From: Nitrospirota bacterium
Lineage (GTDB): Bacteria; Nitrospirota; Thermodesulfovibrionia; Thermodesulfovibrionales; Dissulfurispiraceae
Reading direction: 5' to 3'
DNA: 64,000 bases
Assembly: GCA_040758355.1 (NCBI GenBank)
Contig: JBFLWF010000010.1
Span: 1,776 to 65,775 of the forward strand
Shown: positions 38,242 to 46,692 of the stretch, one piece after another
How positions within the stretch are numbered: position 1 is the first letter of the stretch
Layout of the letters: the number at the start of each line of letters is the position of its first letter
The notes under the pieces: generated by a model
What the model was told of the DNA's origin: nothing
Database searches by the model: none
What the model saw: only the letters and a program-made list of their open reading frames with translations
Position numbers and translations under genes: made by a program

Positions 38242-38257
38242 AGCAATCATTATGCCA
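38242..38257 (-). promoter_or_regulatory. Sigma-54 (-24/-12) promoter for the FeS/Mo/TorD operon
   Basis: The minus strand reads TGGCAT-aatga-TTGCT with GG-N10-GC spacing, matching the consensus TGGCAC-N5-TTGCW. It lies about 38-53 nt upstream of ATG 38204. Confidence 0.7.
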
Positions 38258-38299
38258 TAAATAACTACTTGATAGACAAAGATATTTATTTTGGAATAG

Positions 38300-38335
38300 T
38301 GTTCAAAAACAGGGCAGGTGTGCAGAGGTTGAACA
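38300..38335. promoter_or_regulatory. Palindromic TGTTCAA-N22-TTGAACA motif (candidate enhancer/UAS), copy 1
   Basis: gtgttcaaaaacagggcaggtgtgcagaggttgaacag lies 45-80 nt upstream of the -24 element. A second, about 80% identical copy sits at 40464..40500. Confidence 0.5.
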
Positions 38336-38351
38336 GCCGTCTTTTAATTTT

Positions 38352-38711
38352 TTATCTAAACCATTCCTTGAGCTTGTTATGAATATTTTTAATCTCAAAA
38401 GGTTTCTCAAAGAAGAAATCAATTTTCAGCGTATCCATCTCGGTCTTGCTCAGATGGCAGAAGGCCGAAATGAGAATTATCTTGCCGTCGAAGCCTTTAC
38501 TTCTAAAGAATTTTATTACTTCGATGCCGTCCAAAGGCTCCATTTTATAATCTGTGATTATTACATCAAGCCCTCTTGGGTTTATTAATGATATTGCTGC
38601 TTCTGAAGAATTTGTTGCCACCACATCATAGTCATTCTCTGAAAGATATTGTAACAGTGAGACAATAACGAGGGGCTCATCATCTATAATCAATATCCTA
38701 TTTTTGACCAA
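38352..38711 (-). CDS. Stand-alone receiver-domain response regulator (CheY-like)
   Basis: ILIIDDEPLV...VIITDYKMEPLDG...KIILISA; 119 aa with no output domain. Confidence 0.85.
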   Translation of the reverse strand: MVKNRILIIDDEPLVIVSLLQYLSENDYDVVATNSSEAAISLINPRGLDVIITDYKMEPLDGIEVIKFFRSKGFDGKIILISAFCHLSKTEMDTLKIDFFFEKPFEIKNIHNKLKEWFR

Positions 38712-40083
38712 ACCACACCTTCCGAGAATAAAAAATTCTACCTTTTGTCAGTCCCTTCTTTAAAAAAGTGGATGGGGTTAGGGGACAGGGGGTTGCCCCA
38801 TCCACAGGAGGGCAGACTATCGGCAACTCTATTACAAATGTAGTTCCTTCGGCTTCGATGCTTTTTACCCTTATATCTCCGCCATGCGCCTTAATGATGT
38901 TATAGCAAATACTAAGACCGAGTCCTGTGCCTTTTCCAAATCCTTTTGTTGTGAAGAAGGGCTCGAATATCCTGTCTATTATTTGCTGTGGAATGCCCGG
39001 GCCATTGTCTGACACCTCTATAATCAACCGGTTGTTTTCTTTGTATGCCTTTAAAATTATTTTGTCTCCCTTTCCTGAATCCCTGATGGCATGAATGGCA
39101 TTTGAGATAAGATTCAACAATACGCGCTCCATCTGTTCCTTATCGAGGGGCATCGCTATTTCTTCAGCGATGTCCTTAGATAAGGTAATCTTACTAACAT
39201 GCAATGCCTCTGAAACAAGGTCTAAGGTCTCATCAACCATTTCTTTTATATTCACCTGAGTTCTTTTCAGCGTCGGGGACTTTGAAAAGGCAAGCAGATC
39301 CCGAACAATATTCGCCATGCGATCGGCTGATCTATTAATCTTCTCAGCCATTGTTTTTACATTATCATCAGCGGAAGTTTTTAATAAAAGCTCGCTGAAA
39401 CCGCTTACCGCAGTTAATGGATTGTTCAATTCGTGGGCGACGCCTGCTGTTACCCGTCCTATTGCAGCCAGTTTTTCGGATTGAATAAGCCTCGATTCCC
39501 TCTCTTTTGCCTCTGATTCAAGCCTTGAGATGCGTCTCAAAGATGCTGCCGAAAATCCTACAAATAAAAAGAGGCCTGCAAAGCCAATAACAATGCCTGT
39601 TCCTCTGACCCTGTAGATTTCATGTCTGACATGCCCCAATCTCACATCTGTCAGTGATTTAGCCTTTACATAGGCATCTTCGGCAGAAGTGGTAATATGT
39701 TTTACTGTAATTAATACTTTCTCATGTTTCTCATATGGATCCCTTTCACTTAGTTCTTTTACAAATTGATTGATGCCATTCTCCATATCTTTTATATGAG
39801 CCACAACAGTATTCGGATGGTGACAGCCGTAACATTCAGTAATAATAGCCTGCGCCTTTGATCTAAGTGTTCTCAGTTCAGCTTCAGGTCTGTCTTTAGT
39901 AATTGCATCTTTCAGTTGATAAATTGTATCCCTCAGCTCAACCCGCTTTATAAGACTCTTTTGTGCCTCTGTCAGGGACTCCACCCTTTCTTTAACCACA
40001 AAAAGTCTTGCGCCCATAAACATAATGCCTGCTACGGTGATGACAATATAAAAACCGAGGATTATCAGAAACATTCGCTTCAT
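38698..40083 (-). CDS. Sensor histidine kinase with CXXCH motif in the periplasmic sensor domain
   Basis: TM1 (LIILGFYIVITVAGIMFMG), then an about 130-aa extracytoplasmic segment containing ITECYGCHHP, then TM2. H-box GVAHELNNPL and a HATPase block with DNGPGIP and GTGLGLSI. Confidence 0.85.
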   Translation of the reverse strand: MKRMFLIILGFYIVITVAGIMFMGARLFVVKERVESLTEAQKSLIKRVELRDTIYQLKDAITKDRPEAELRTLRSKAQAIITECYGCHHPNTVVAHIKDMENGINQFVKELSERDPYEKHEKVLITVKHITTSAEDAYVKAKSLTDVRLGHVRHEIYRVRGTGIVIGFAGLFLFVGFSAASLRRISRLESEAKERESRLIQSEKLAAIGRVTAGVAHELNNPLTAVSGFSELLLKTSADDNVKTMAEKINRSADRMANIVRDLLAFSKSPTLKRTQVNIKEMVDETLDLVSEALHVSKITLSKDIAEEIAMPLDKEQMERVLLNLISNAIHAIRDSGKGDKIILKAYKENNRLIIEVSDNGPGIPQQIIDRIFEPFFTTKGFGKGTGLGLSICYNIIKAHGGDIRVKSIEAEGTTFVIELPIVCPPVDGATPCPLTPSTFLKKGLTKGRIFYSRKVWFGQK

Positions 40084-40361
40084 ACTTACGCTATCTCCCT
40101 TGTCTTAAACCCTGCTGTTGAATTCCTCAACTCTCCAGCCGGTGACCAGCCATTACCTTGCTTTTCAAAGATACATCTCTGATGTTCATATTCCTCCCGC
40201 TGTTTAACAGCAACAGACTTCTACAAAGTCTTTGTTTTTAAATTAAAAATTAATCCTCAGATGTGGATTGGAATTCACATTCAAGAATTATGCCGACACA
40301 TTCTTCCTTAGTTCAACTTATTGATAATTATCTGTTTTGTTCTTCAGGGGATGTTTAAAGA

Positions 40362-40377
40362 TGTGACTAAAGTCACA
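40362..40377. promoter_or_regulatory. Second perfect CRP-type box TGTGA-N6-TCACA
   Basis: tgtgactaaagtcaca lies in the 420-bp spacer upstream of the heme-motif kinase gene, about 280 nt from its start. Confidence 0.45.
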
Positions 40378-40463
40378 GAAATCGTAACAAGAAAGAAACG
40401 ATGTGTAACAGAATTCGGACAGAATTGAACCGTTATGATTGATAATTAATGCTTTTTTGATTG

Positions 40464-40500
40464 TGTTCAAAAAATAGGCGGGATGTGCAGGATGTGAACA
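40464..40500. promoter_or_regulatory. Palindromic TGTTCAA-N-TGAACA motif, copy 2
   Basis: gtgttcaaaaaataggcgggatgtgcaggatgtgaacag sits immediately after the stop codon of the NtrC-type regulator gene. Confidence 0.45.
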
Positions 40501-40502
40501 GA

Positions 40503-41897
40503 TTATTGAGTATCTTCTCCAAGTTTTTTTCTCAAGGTATTTCTTGATATGCCTAAGAGTTTTGCAGCGTGGACCTGATTTCCCTTTGTAAGCTCCAATG
40601 CCCTTTTGACCATGGATTTTTCAAGCGTGCTGACTATATCCTGAAACCTCTCCTGACAGCCATCCTTGAATGCAAGTTCAACGACGTTTTGAATTGCGTG
40701 CTCTGTGGAAACACAACTATTTCGCAACAAACTCTGCATATGCAGTTCTTCGCAGCATTCTGAGGATAGGTAATCGCTGTTACAGAAAACTATTGTCTTC
40801 TGAACAACATTCTCAAGCTCCCTGACATTGCCGTGCCATGTATGTTCTTCCAGCTTTTTCAGGGCGTCAGCGGTGATGCCTTTTATTGTTTTGCCGAGCT
40901 TTTTATTGTATTTCTGTATGAAGTAATGGACAAGTTCTTTAATATCCTCTTTCCGTTTCCTTAGTGGTGGTACATTAATAGTGACCACATTTATACGATA
41001 ATAAAGGTCTTCCCTGAATGTGTTGTTTTTTACCATATCCTCTATATCTTTGTTGGTTGCAGCAATTATCCTTACATTTGTTTCAATAGTCTCTGTGCCG
41101 CCAAGTCTCTGGAATTTCCCGTCCTGCAGTATACGCAAGAGCTTTGCCTGAAGGCCGACGGGCATATCACCGATTTCATCAAGAAAGATCGTCCCTCCGC
41201 TGCATTGCTCAAATTTCCCTATGCGTTTAAAATCTGCGCCTGTAAATGCCCCTCGCTCGTATCCGAAAAGCTCGCTCTCAAGGAGCTGTTCTGGAATGGC
41301 TGCGCAATTTATTGCAAGGAATGGTTTGGATGACCTGTTGCTGTAATGGTAGATTGCCCTCGCAACGAGTTCTTTCCCCGTGCCATTTTCTCCCTTTATA
41401 AGAACAGTTGCGTCTGTTGGCGCTGCCCTTCCTATCTGTTTATAAATATCGAGCATGGCAGGGCTTTTGCCTATAATTCTTTCGCCACCTGCATAATCTT
41501 TCACCTCATCAAAGGTGACCACCTCTTCCATCAGCTCTCTTGTTTTGATAGCATCCTTAGCGCGGATAAGTAATTCGTCGTTATCAAAAGGCTTGGCAAG
41601 ATAATCGTATGCACCTAATCTTATGGCCTCTATCGCCTTTTCGGTGGTGCTGAAGGCTGTCATCATGATTACCTGAACTTTTGGATGAGATTCCTTTATC
41701 CTTTTTAATACTTCAAGGCCGTCCATTTCGGGCATCCTTACATCCATTATCACAAGATCGGGATTTACATCATTTAAAACTGACAATGCATCTTCACCAC
41801 TTGTGGCTGTGTGCACATTATAGCCTTCGGATTGAAGAAATCTCTGAAGGGAATAACACACTGTCCTCTGGTCGTCGACAACGAGTATCTTACTCAT
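40503..41897 (-). CDS. Sigma-54-dependent response regulator (NtrC family)
   Basis: Receiver (VIMDVRMPEMDG), AAA+ domain (GENGTGKELVARAIH, GAFTGA loop in ERGAFTGADF) and C-terminal HTH AAKLLGISRNTLRKKL. Confidence 0.9.
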   Translation of the reverse strand: MSKILVVDDQRTVCYSLQRFLQSEGYNVHTATSGEDALSVLNDVNPDLVIMDVRMPEMDGLEVLKRIKESHPKVQVIMMTAFSTTEKAIEAIRLGAYDYLAKPFDNDELLIRAKDAIKTRELMEEVVTFDEVKDYAGGERIIGKSPAMLDIYKQIGRAAPTDATVLIKGENGTGKELVARAIYHYSNRSSKPFLAINCAAIPEQLLESELFGYERGAFTGADFKRIGKFEQCSGGTIFLDEIGDMPVGLQAKLLRILQDGKFQRLGGTETIETNVRIIAATNKDIEDMVKNNTFREDLYYRINVVTINVPPLRKRKEDIKELVHYFIQKYNKKLGKTIKGITADALKKLEEHTWHGNVRELENVVQKTIVFCNSDYLSSECCEELHMQSLLRNSCVSTEHAIQNVVELAFKDGCQERFQDIVSTLEKSMVKRALELTKGNQVHAAKLLGISRNTLRKKLGEDTQ

Positions 41898-43276
41898 ACA
41901 TTTAGAGGTATCTCCAGATTAAAGGTTGTCCCTTTGCCGTTACTTTCAAAACTAATCTCTCCGCTATGGATGTTTATAATATTATACACAATTGATAGTC
42001 CGAGACCTGTCCCGTCTCCCTTTGTTGTAAAAAACGGGTCAAAGATTTTGTCTTTTATTTCTTCAGGTATACCACTCCCTGTATCTCCAATGCTAACGAC
42101 TGCACTGCCATTTTCCATTTTACTGGATATGGTCAATGTGCCTCCGTCAGGCATTGCCTCAACTGCATTAAGGACGAGATTCAGCAAGGCCTGCTGCAAC
42201 ATGGCCCTGTCAGCCTTTACCGGCGGGAGTTTCGAGAGATTAAGAGATACCTTTACTGATTGATTCTTTATCTGAAACTGTGTGAGGTTTAATACCTGTT
42301 TTATTACGGAATTAATATATACATCCGACAGATTAAACTCATCACTTCTTGCAAATCTCAGAAATTTTGTGAGGAGGTTGTTCATCTGATCTGCTGCCGA
42401 TAAAACTATCTCCATGTCATCTCTTGTTAAAGATGGATTATCCTTAAATGTTTGAAATAGAGTTCTTATAGAGGTAAGCGGGTTTCTCAGTTCATGAGCC
42501 AACCCTGCTGAAAGCCTTCCAAGTGCAGTGAGCTTTTCTGTCCTGAGCATCTGCTTGTAAGATTCCTCCATCTTCTTTCTGTATGCATCAAGTTCGTAAG
42601 AGAGGTTATTGAATGTCTCGGAGAGTTCACCAACTTCATCCCTCGATTTTATCTCGATGCTTTTGCCAAAATCTCCTTTTGCAAGGTCATGCGTAAACTC
42701 AACAAGCCTGTTAAGGGGTTTTGTTATAAGCCTGCTCATGAAACATGAAAGCACAGAGCCAACGAGCATCACTATGACGGTCAGCAGTATGATGAGGTTT
42801 CTTATCCTGCCCAGTGTTTGCGTAATCTTGTCTTCTTTAATTCCAATATGGAGTTCGGGCTTCATTCCTTCAAATATCTTTATCCCAACATCCCTTATAG
42901 AGCCAACCTCTGTATCCAATAACTGCATTGAGACCTGTTTATTCGACAGGGGATTCCAGTTTAAGATGTCTGGCGGATGACCATTCTTAAAGGTGTGGGC
43001 AAGCAAGTATTCGTCTTTGGCAGTAACAAATATATATTCTATATCTCTTTCTGTCTTAAGGACATCTACTATTGCCTCCTCTATTTTATAGACATCATCT
43101 ATGAGTATAGAATCAGCGATTCTGTTTGATAGATTTTTTGCGAGTGACTCGCCCTCTCTCGATAATTCAGCCCTCATGGCATCTGTCACAGCCCCTCTTA
43201 CTGCCATGCCTACCAGCATACCCAGACTTATAACAATAACTACATTAAGAAGGACTATCTTAAACCAGAGTTTCAT
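41894..43276 (-). CDS. Sensor histidine kinase (periplasmic sensor, HAMP, HisKA, HATPase)
   Basis: HAMP ITKPLNRLVEFTHDLAKGDF, H-box GLAHELRNPLT, GDTGSGIP, GTGLGLSI; 460 aa. Confidence 0.85.
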   Translation of the reverse strand: MKLWFKIVLLNVVIVISLGMLVGMAVRGAVTDAMRAELSREGESLAKNLSNRIADSILIDDVYKIEEAIVDVLKTERDIEYIFVTAKDEYLLAHTFKNGHPPDILNWNPLSNKQVSMQLLDTEVGSIRDVGIKIFEGMKPELHIGIKEDKITQTLGRIRNLIILLTVIVMLVGSVLSCFMSRLITKPLNRLVEFTHDLAKGDFGKSIEIKSRDEVGELSETFNNLSYELDAYRKKMEESYKQMLRTEKLTALGRLSAGLAHELRNPLTSIRTLFQTFKDNPSLTRDDMEIVLSAADQMNNLLTKFLRFARSDEFNLSDVYINSVIKQVLNLTQFQIKNQSVKVSLNLSKLPPVKADRAMLQQALLNLVLNAVEAMPDGGTLTISSKMENGSAVVSIGDTGSGIPEEIKDKIFDPFFTTKGDGTGLGLSIVYNIINIHSGEISFESNGKGTTFNLEIPLNV

Positions 43277-44208
43277 TTGAGCAGACCGTATTTAAGCGTG
43301 AGGTCTTTTATCTCGCGCATAGAAGATTCACTATATAGGGTAAATCCATTGGGCATTTCTGTCTTATCCCAATCCACAAGAATACCGGATTGTTTATTCT
43401 TAGGATCAAATGAAAGGAGTGCTGCCTTTACAGCCTTTAAAATAACAGGATCAACATTTTTATTGTAACAAATCAGGCTGCTTGGATATGGTTTCGAGGT
43501 GGCAAGTATTTTTATTTTCCCCTCTGCCAGCAATCTCTTTGCGAGGGTGTCCTGTATTCCACCCGCATCGTATTCCCCGTTCAAAACTGCCCTCGCTGTG
43601 TTTGCATGTGAACCTGTAAATACATGAGTCTTTAAATCCCCCAATGTAATTCCTGTATCTTCAAGCATCTTACGGGGGATGATATGCCCCTGTGTTGAGA
43701 ATCTATCGCCAAAGGCAAATGTTTTGCCTTTCAAGTCTTTAAGGCTTTTTATAGAACTGCCTATCCTTGCAAAAATAACAGCACGATACTCGGGTTTTCC
43801 GTCAGAATTGAGTCCCATGACAAGACAGCCTGTACCATATTTTTTATTCGCCAATATACAATTAACAGGCCCAAGTGCAGCAAAATGGGTAATTCCCTTG
43901 CCGAGATTATCGACAGTATCTTCATACTTTTCTGTGAATCGTAAAGAGAACCTGTTGCCGGTATTGACTTCAAGGTAACGCATAAAAGGAAGATATATCT
44001 TCACATCTTCCCTTGGGCCAAGCCTCAGGTCGAAGCCGAATTTCAATGATCCGATATCAGAGGATTTGATGTGATTCTCTGTAGCAGGAGACCGTTTGTT
44101 GAGACTCACTTTTTTAGGAACTTCTTTATCTTTGCAGCTATGGATCAGCATGGATAAAAAGGCGAGGGTTATAATGAGAAATAATGTTTTACGGCGGTAT
44201 GTTTTCAT
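43273..44208 (-). CDS. PhnD-like periplasmic substrate-binding lipoprotein associated with the kinase
   Basis: Lipobox LIHSC. AALGPVNCILA...KGKTFAFGDRFSTQGHIIPR...GEYDAGGI fits the phosphonate-binding-protein-like (PhnD) fold pattern. Confidence 0.65.
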   Translation of the reverse strand: MKTYRRKTLFLIITLAFLSMLIHSCKDKEVPKKVSLNKRSPATENHIKSSDIGSLKFGFDLRLGPREDVKIYLPFMRYLEVNTGNRFSLRFTEKYEDTVDNLGKGITHFAALGPVNCILANKKYGTGCLVMGLNSDGKPEYRAVIFARIGSSIKSLKDLKGKTFAFGDRFSTQGHIIPRKMLEDTGITLGDLKTHVFTGSHANTARAVLNGEYDAGGIQDTLAKRLLAEGKIKILATSKPYPSSLICYNKNVDPVILKAVKAALLSFDPKNKQSGILVDWDKTEMPNGFTLYSESSMREIKDLTLKYGLLK

Positions 44209-44218
44209 ACATAAATTT

Positions 44219-44917
44219 TTATTCCGGTTTAAAACGATACCCTATCCCGGAAACAGTGATTATATATTCGGGCTCGGAAGGATTGTCCTCTATTTTCTGT
44301 CTCAGGTGCTGGATGTGGACATCTATAACCCTGCTCCATGAATATATCTTCGATTCTTTCCAGAGATGGTTTTTTATGTCCTCCCTGCTCAGCACAGAAC
44401 CCCTGCTGGAAATCAGGAGGCACAAAAGGTCGTACTCCTTCGGCGTCAGGATTATCTCTTTGTTTTTGACCTTCACTATTCTTCTCTTATAGTCGATGTT
44501 CAGTTTTCCTATTGTTATCTGTTCTTCGGTAGAGGGTTTTAACCTCCTCAGGCATGCCTTTATCCGTGCGATCAACTCAAGTGTCTCAAATGGTTTTACA
44601 ACATAGTCGTCAGCGCCGCTTTCGAGTCCTATTACCTTATCGGAAATCTTATCCTTTGCAGTAAGCATTATTATCGGCAACGAGGGATACCGTTTTCTCA
44701 AGGTGCGGCATATCTCAACTCCATCTCCGTCAGGGAGCATGAGGTCGAGGATCAGGAGGTCAGGTTTTTTTGCAGAGATTGTCTTCTGCCCTTCTGTCCA
44801 TGATTCTGCAGTAGCGACATTGTATTTATGAAGCTCGATGTTCGCCTTTAAGACCTTCAGGATGTCCCTGTCGTCATCGATTACCAGTATTGTATGGTTT
44901 TTATTCTCTTTTAGCAT
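44219..44917 (-). CDS. OmpR/PhoB-family response regulator
   Basis: Receiver LLILDLMLPDGDG and a winged-helix output (LTPKEYDLLCLL...GIGYRF); 232 aa. Confidence 0.9.
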   Translation of the reverse strand: MLKENKNHTILVIDDDRDILKVLKANIELHKYNVATAESWTEGQKTISAKKPDLLILDLMLPDGDGVEICRTLRKRYPSLPIIMLTAKDKISDKVIGLESGADDYVVKPFETLELIARIKACLRRLKPSTEEQITIGKLNIDYKRRIVKVKNKEIILTPKEYDLLCLLISSRGSVLSREDIKNHLWKESKIYSWSRVIDVHIQHLRQKIEDNPSEPEYIITVSGIGYRFKPE

Positions 44918-46665
44918 GGCGTTGTTATCTTCTTTGCTATCTCCAGCAGTTTATGCTGTTCTGTCCTGTTGAAACCTTCCTGTGAAAAGCTTTCATGATG
45001 CCCTTTTGTGTAAGGCAGTTTAAAATAGAAGCAGCTTCCGTTTTTGCCGTCGCTGTTTACGCCGATTATGCCATCATGCGCCTCTATTATGCTTTTGCAT
45101 ATGGCAAGACCGAGCCCTGTGCCTTCCTTATTGCCGTTTTTGTAGAATTTTTCAAAAACCCTTTCATGCTCCGAGGGCGGAATACCCGGACCTTCGTCCC
45201 ATATTTCCACAACCGCATGATCCTTCTCGGGATATGCAAAGACAAGTATCTCGGATTCCTCCGGAGCGAACTTTATGGCATTTGACAGGAGATTGATAAT
45301 GACCTGCTTTATCCTGTCTTCATCCATACGGACTATAATATTGTTTGGTATGTTTGCATTGAAGTATATGCCCTTTTCATCGGCATTTATCTGGAAATAC
45401 GTTAGGGCTTCAGCAATAAGATAGGAAAGGTTTACATCGGCAAAACGCAATTCGGACGTCCCCATCTCTATCCTCTCGATGTCCAGCATGGTGTTGACCA
45501 TGCGTATCAATCTCTCGGAGTTTTTCTTTATTACCTCAAAGAATATATGGAGGTCATCGAGGGCTGTTTCTTCATGGTGATATTGCAAATAGGACGAGAG
45601 TTTTGCCGATATGTAATCCATTGCACCTTTGATCGATGTCAGAGGTGTCCTTAATTCATGGGATGCCCGTGCTATGAAGTCGGATTTTCTTATGCTCGCC
45701 TCATTAAGGAGACGGTTGGTTTCGATTAATTTCCTGTTTGTTTCTTCGAGGCCCTTTGTTGCGTCCTTTATCTTATTGTTCAGGCAGTTGTGATAATCGG
45801 TGAGTGTGCCTGCCATTTGGGAAAAGGCGCTGCAGAGGTCTTCGAACTCATCTCCTGTCTTTAACCTCTTTGACGGAGAGTACGTGCCCTCCGAGAATTC
45901 ATTGATCGCGGATCTCAGTCTTTTCATCGGGGTAAGTACAATCTTTTTCATCATTAAAAACATGGCGGCCATAAGCGTCAGGACAGTAAGGACAGCAGCA
46001 ATTAACATGCTCTGCCTGTTTTCGGCAATCTCTGCAAAGGTTTTATCCATTGGGATTGCGACGCTTATAGCGCCCCTGACATCGCCGACTTTGTAGCCCT
46101 GCTTTGCGTGGCAGTTAAGGCATGCCTCTTCAACATAGAGCGGCGATATATACCTGAGATATTTGGAGTTGTCCATTTGTTCTATGGAGATAAGCTCTTT
46201 TAGGGTAGTTTTTTCAAATTGCTGGAGTGCATTTCTCTCGAATTCATCCGGTGCGTTTTCCGGGTTTGTTAGTTTGAGGCTCGTTATGTGAAACCAGTAA
46301 AGTCCTTTGTCCTTTGCATACTTAGATAGTTCCTTTGTGACCATTGCAGGCGTTTCCCTTATGTACCGCTTTCCCTGTACATCCCTGATCTCTGAATCCT
46401 TTATATAGGGGTTTGGCTTTATCCACGGAAGCTTCTCTACGAATATCCCTCCGTGGTCTGCTATCCATTTTCTTGTGATCACTATCTGCTTGAATATGGC
46501 ACGGGCTTCATTCTCCACCTGTCCCATGATGAGTCTTTCCTGACGCTGGGCAATAAAGTAGAAGGAAATGCCGAGGGCTACAATCAGGGTAATGCTGCAG
46601 CCTATGATTAATTTAGTGCTGAGATTCAGCCTCGGGTTTCTGATTTTTTTAAATAAATCAGACAT
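44911..46665 (-). CDS. Sensor histidine kinase with DUF3365-like c-type-heme sensor domain
   Basis: The extracytoplasmic domain ends in LYVEEACLNCHAKQGYKVGDVRGAISV, the pattern of the Tll0287/DUF3365 heme-c domain. It is followed by HAMP, H-box ASHELRTPLT and HATPase. Confidence 0.8.
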   Translation of the reverse strand: MSDLFKKIRNPRLNLSTKLIIGCSITLIVALGISFYFIAQRQERLIMGQVENEARAIFKQIVITRKWIADHGGIFVEKLPWIKPNPYIKDSEIRDVQGKRYIRETPAMVTKELSKYAKDKGLYWFHITSLKLTNPENAPDEFERNALQQFEKTTLKELISIEQMDNSKYLRYISPLYVEEACLNCHAKQGYKVGDVRGAISVAIPMDKTFAEIAENRQSMLIAAVLTVLTLMAAMFLMMKKIVLTPMKRLRSAINEFSEGTYSPSKRLKTGDEFEDLCSAFSQMAGTLTDYHNCLNNKIKDATKGLEETNRKLIETNRLLNEASIRKSDFIARASHELRTPLTSIKGAMDYISAKLSSYLQYHHEETALDDLHIFFEVIKKNSERLIRMVNTMLDIERIEMGTSELRFADVNLSYLIAEALTYFQINADEKGIYFNANIPNNIIVRMDEDRIKQVIINLLSNAIKFAPEESEILVFAYPEKDHAVVEIWDEGPGIPPSEHERVFEKFYKNGNKEGTGLGLAICKSIIEAHDGIIGVNSDGKNGSCFYFKLPYTKGHHESFSQEGFNRTEQHKLLEIAKKITTPC

Positions 46666-46692
46666 ATCTAATTATAATCGATTTTAACGGAT

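Noticed and set aside
40138-40151. Weak sigma-54-like element (minus strand TGGCTG-N5-CGGCT) upstream of the heme-motif kinase
   Set aside because: The GG-N10-GC spacing is correct, but the -12 region lacks TTGC and the -24 deviates. This is too weak to call without mapping data.
40127-40189. 20-codon ORF (MNIRDVSLKSKVMAGHRLES) with a good GGGAGGA Shine-Dalgarno upstream of the kinase gene
   Set aside because: It is too short to evaluate and conservation cannot be checked here. It could be a leader peptide, but there is no supporting feature such as an attenuator.
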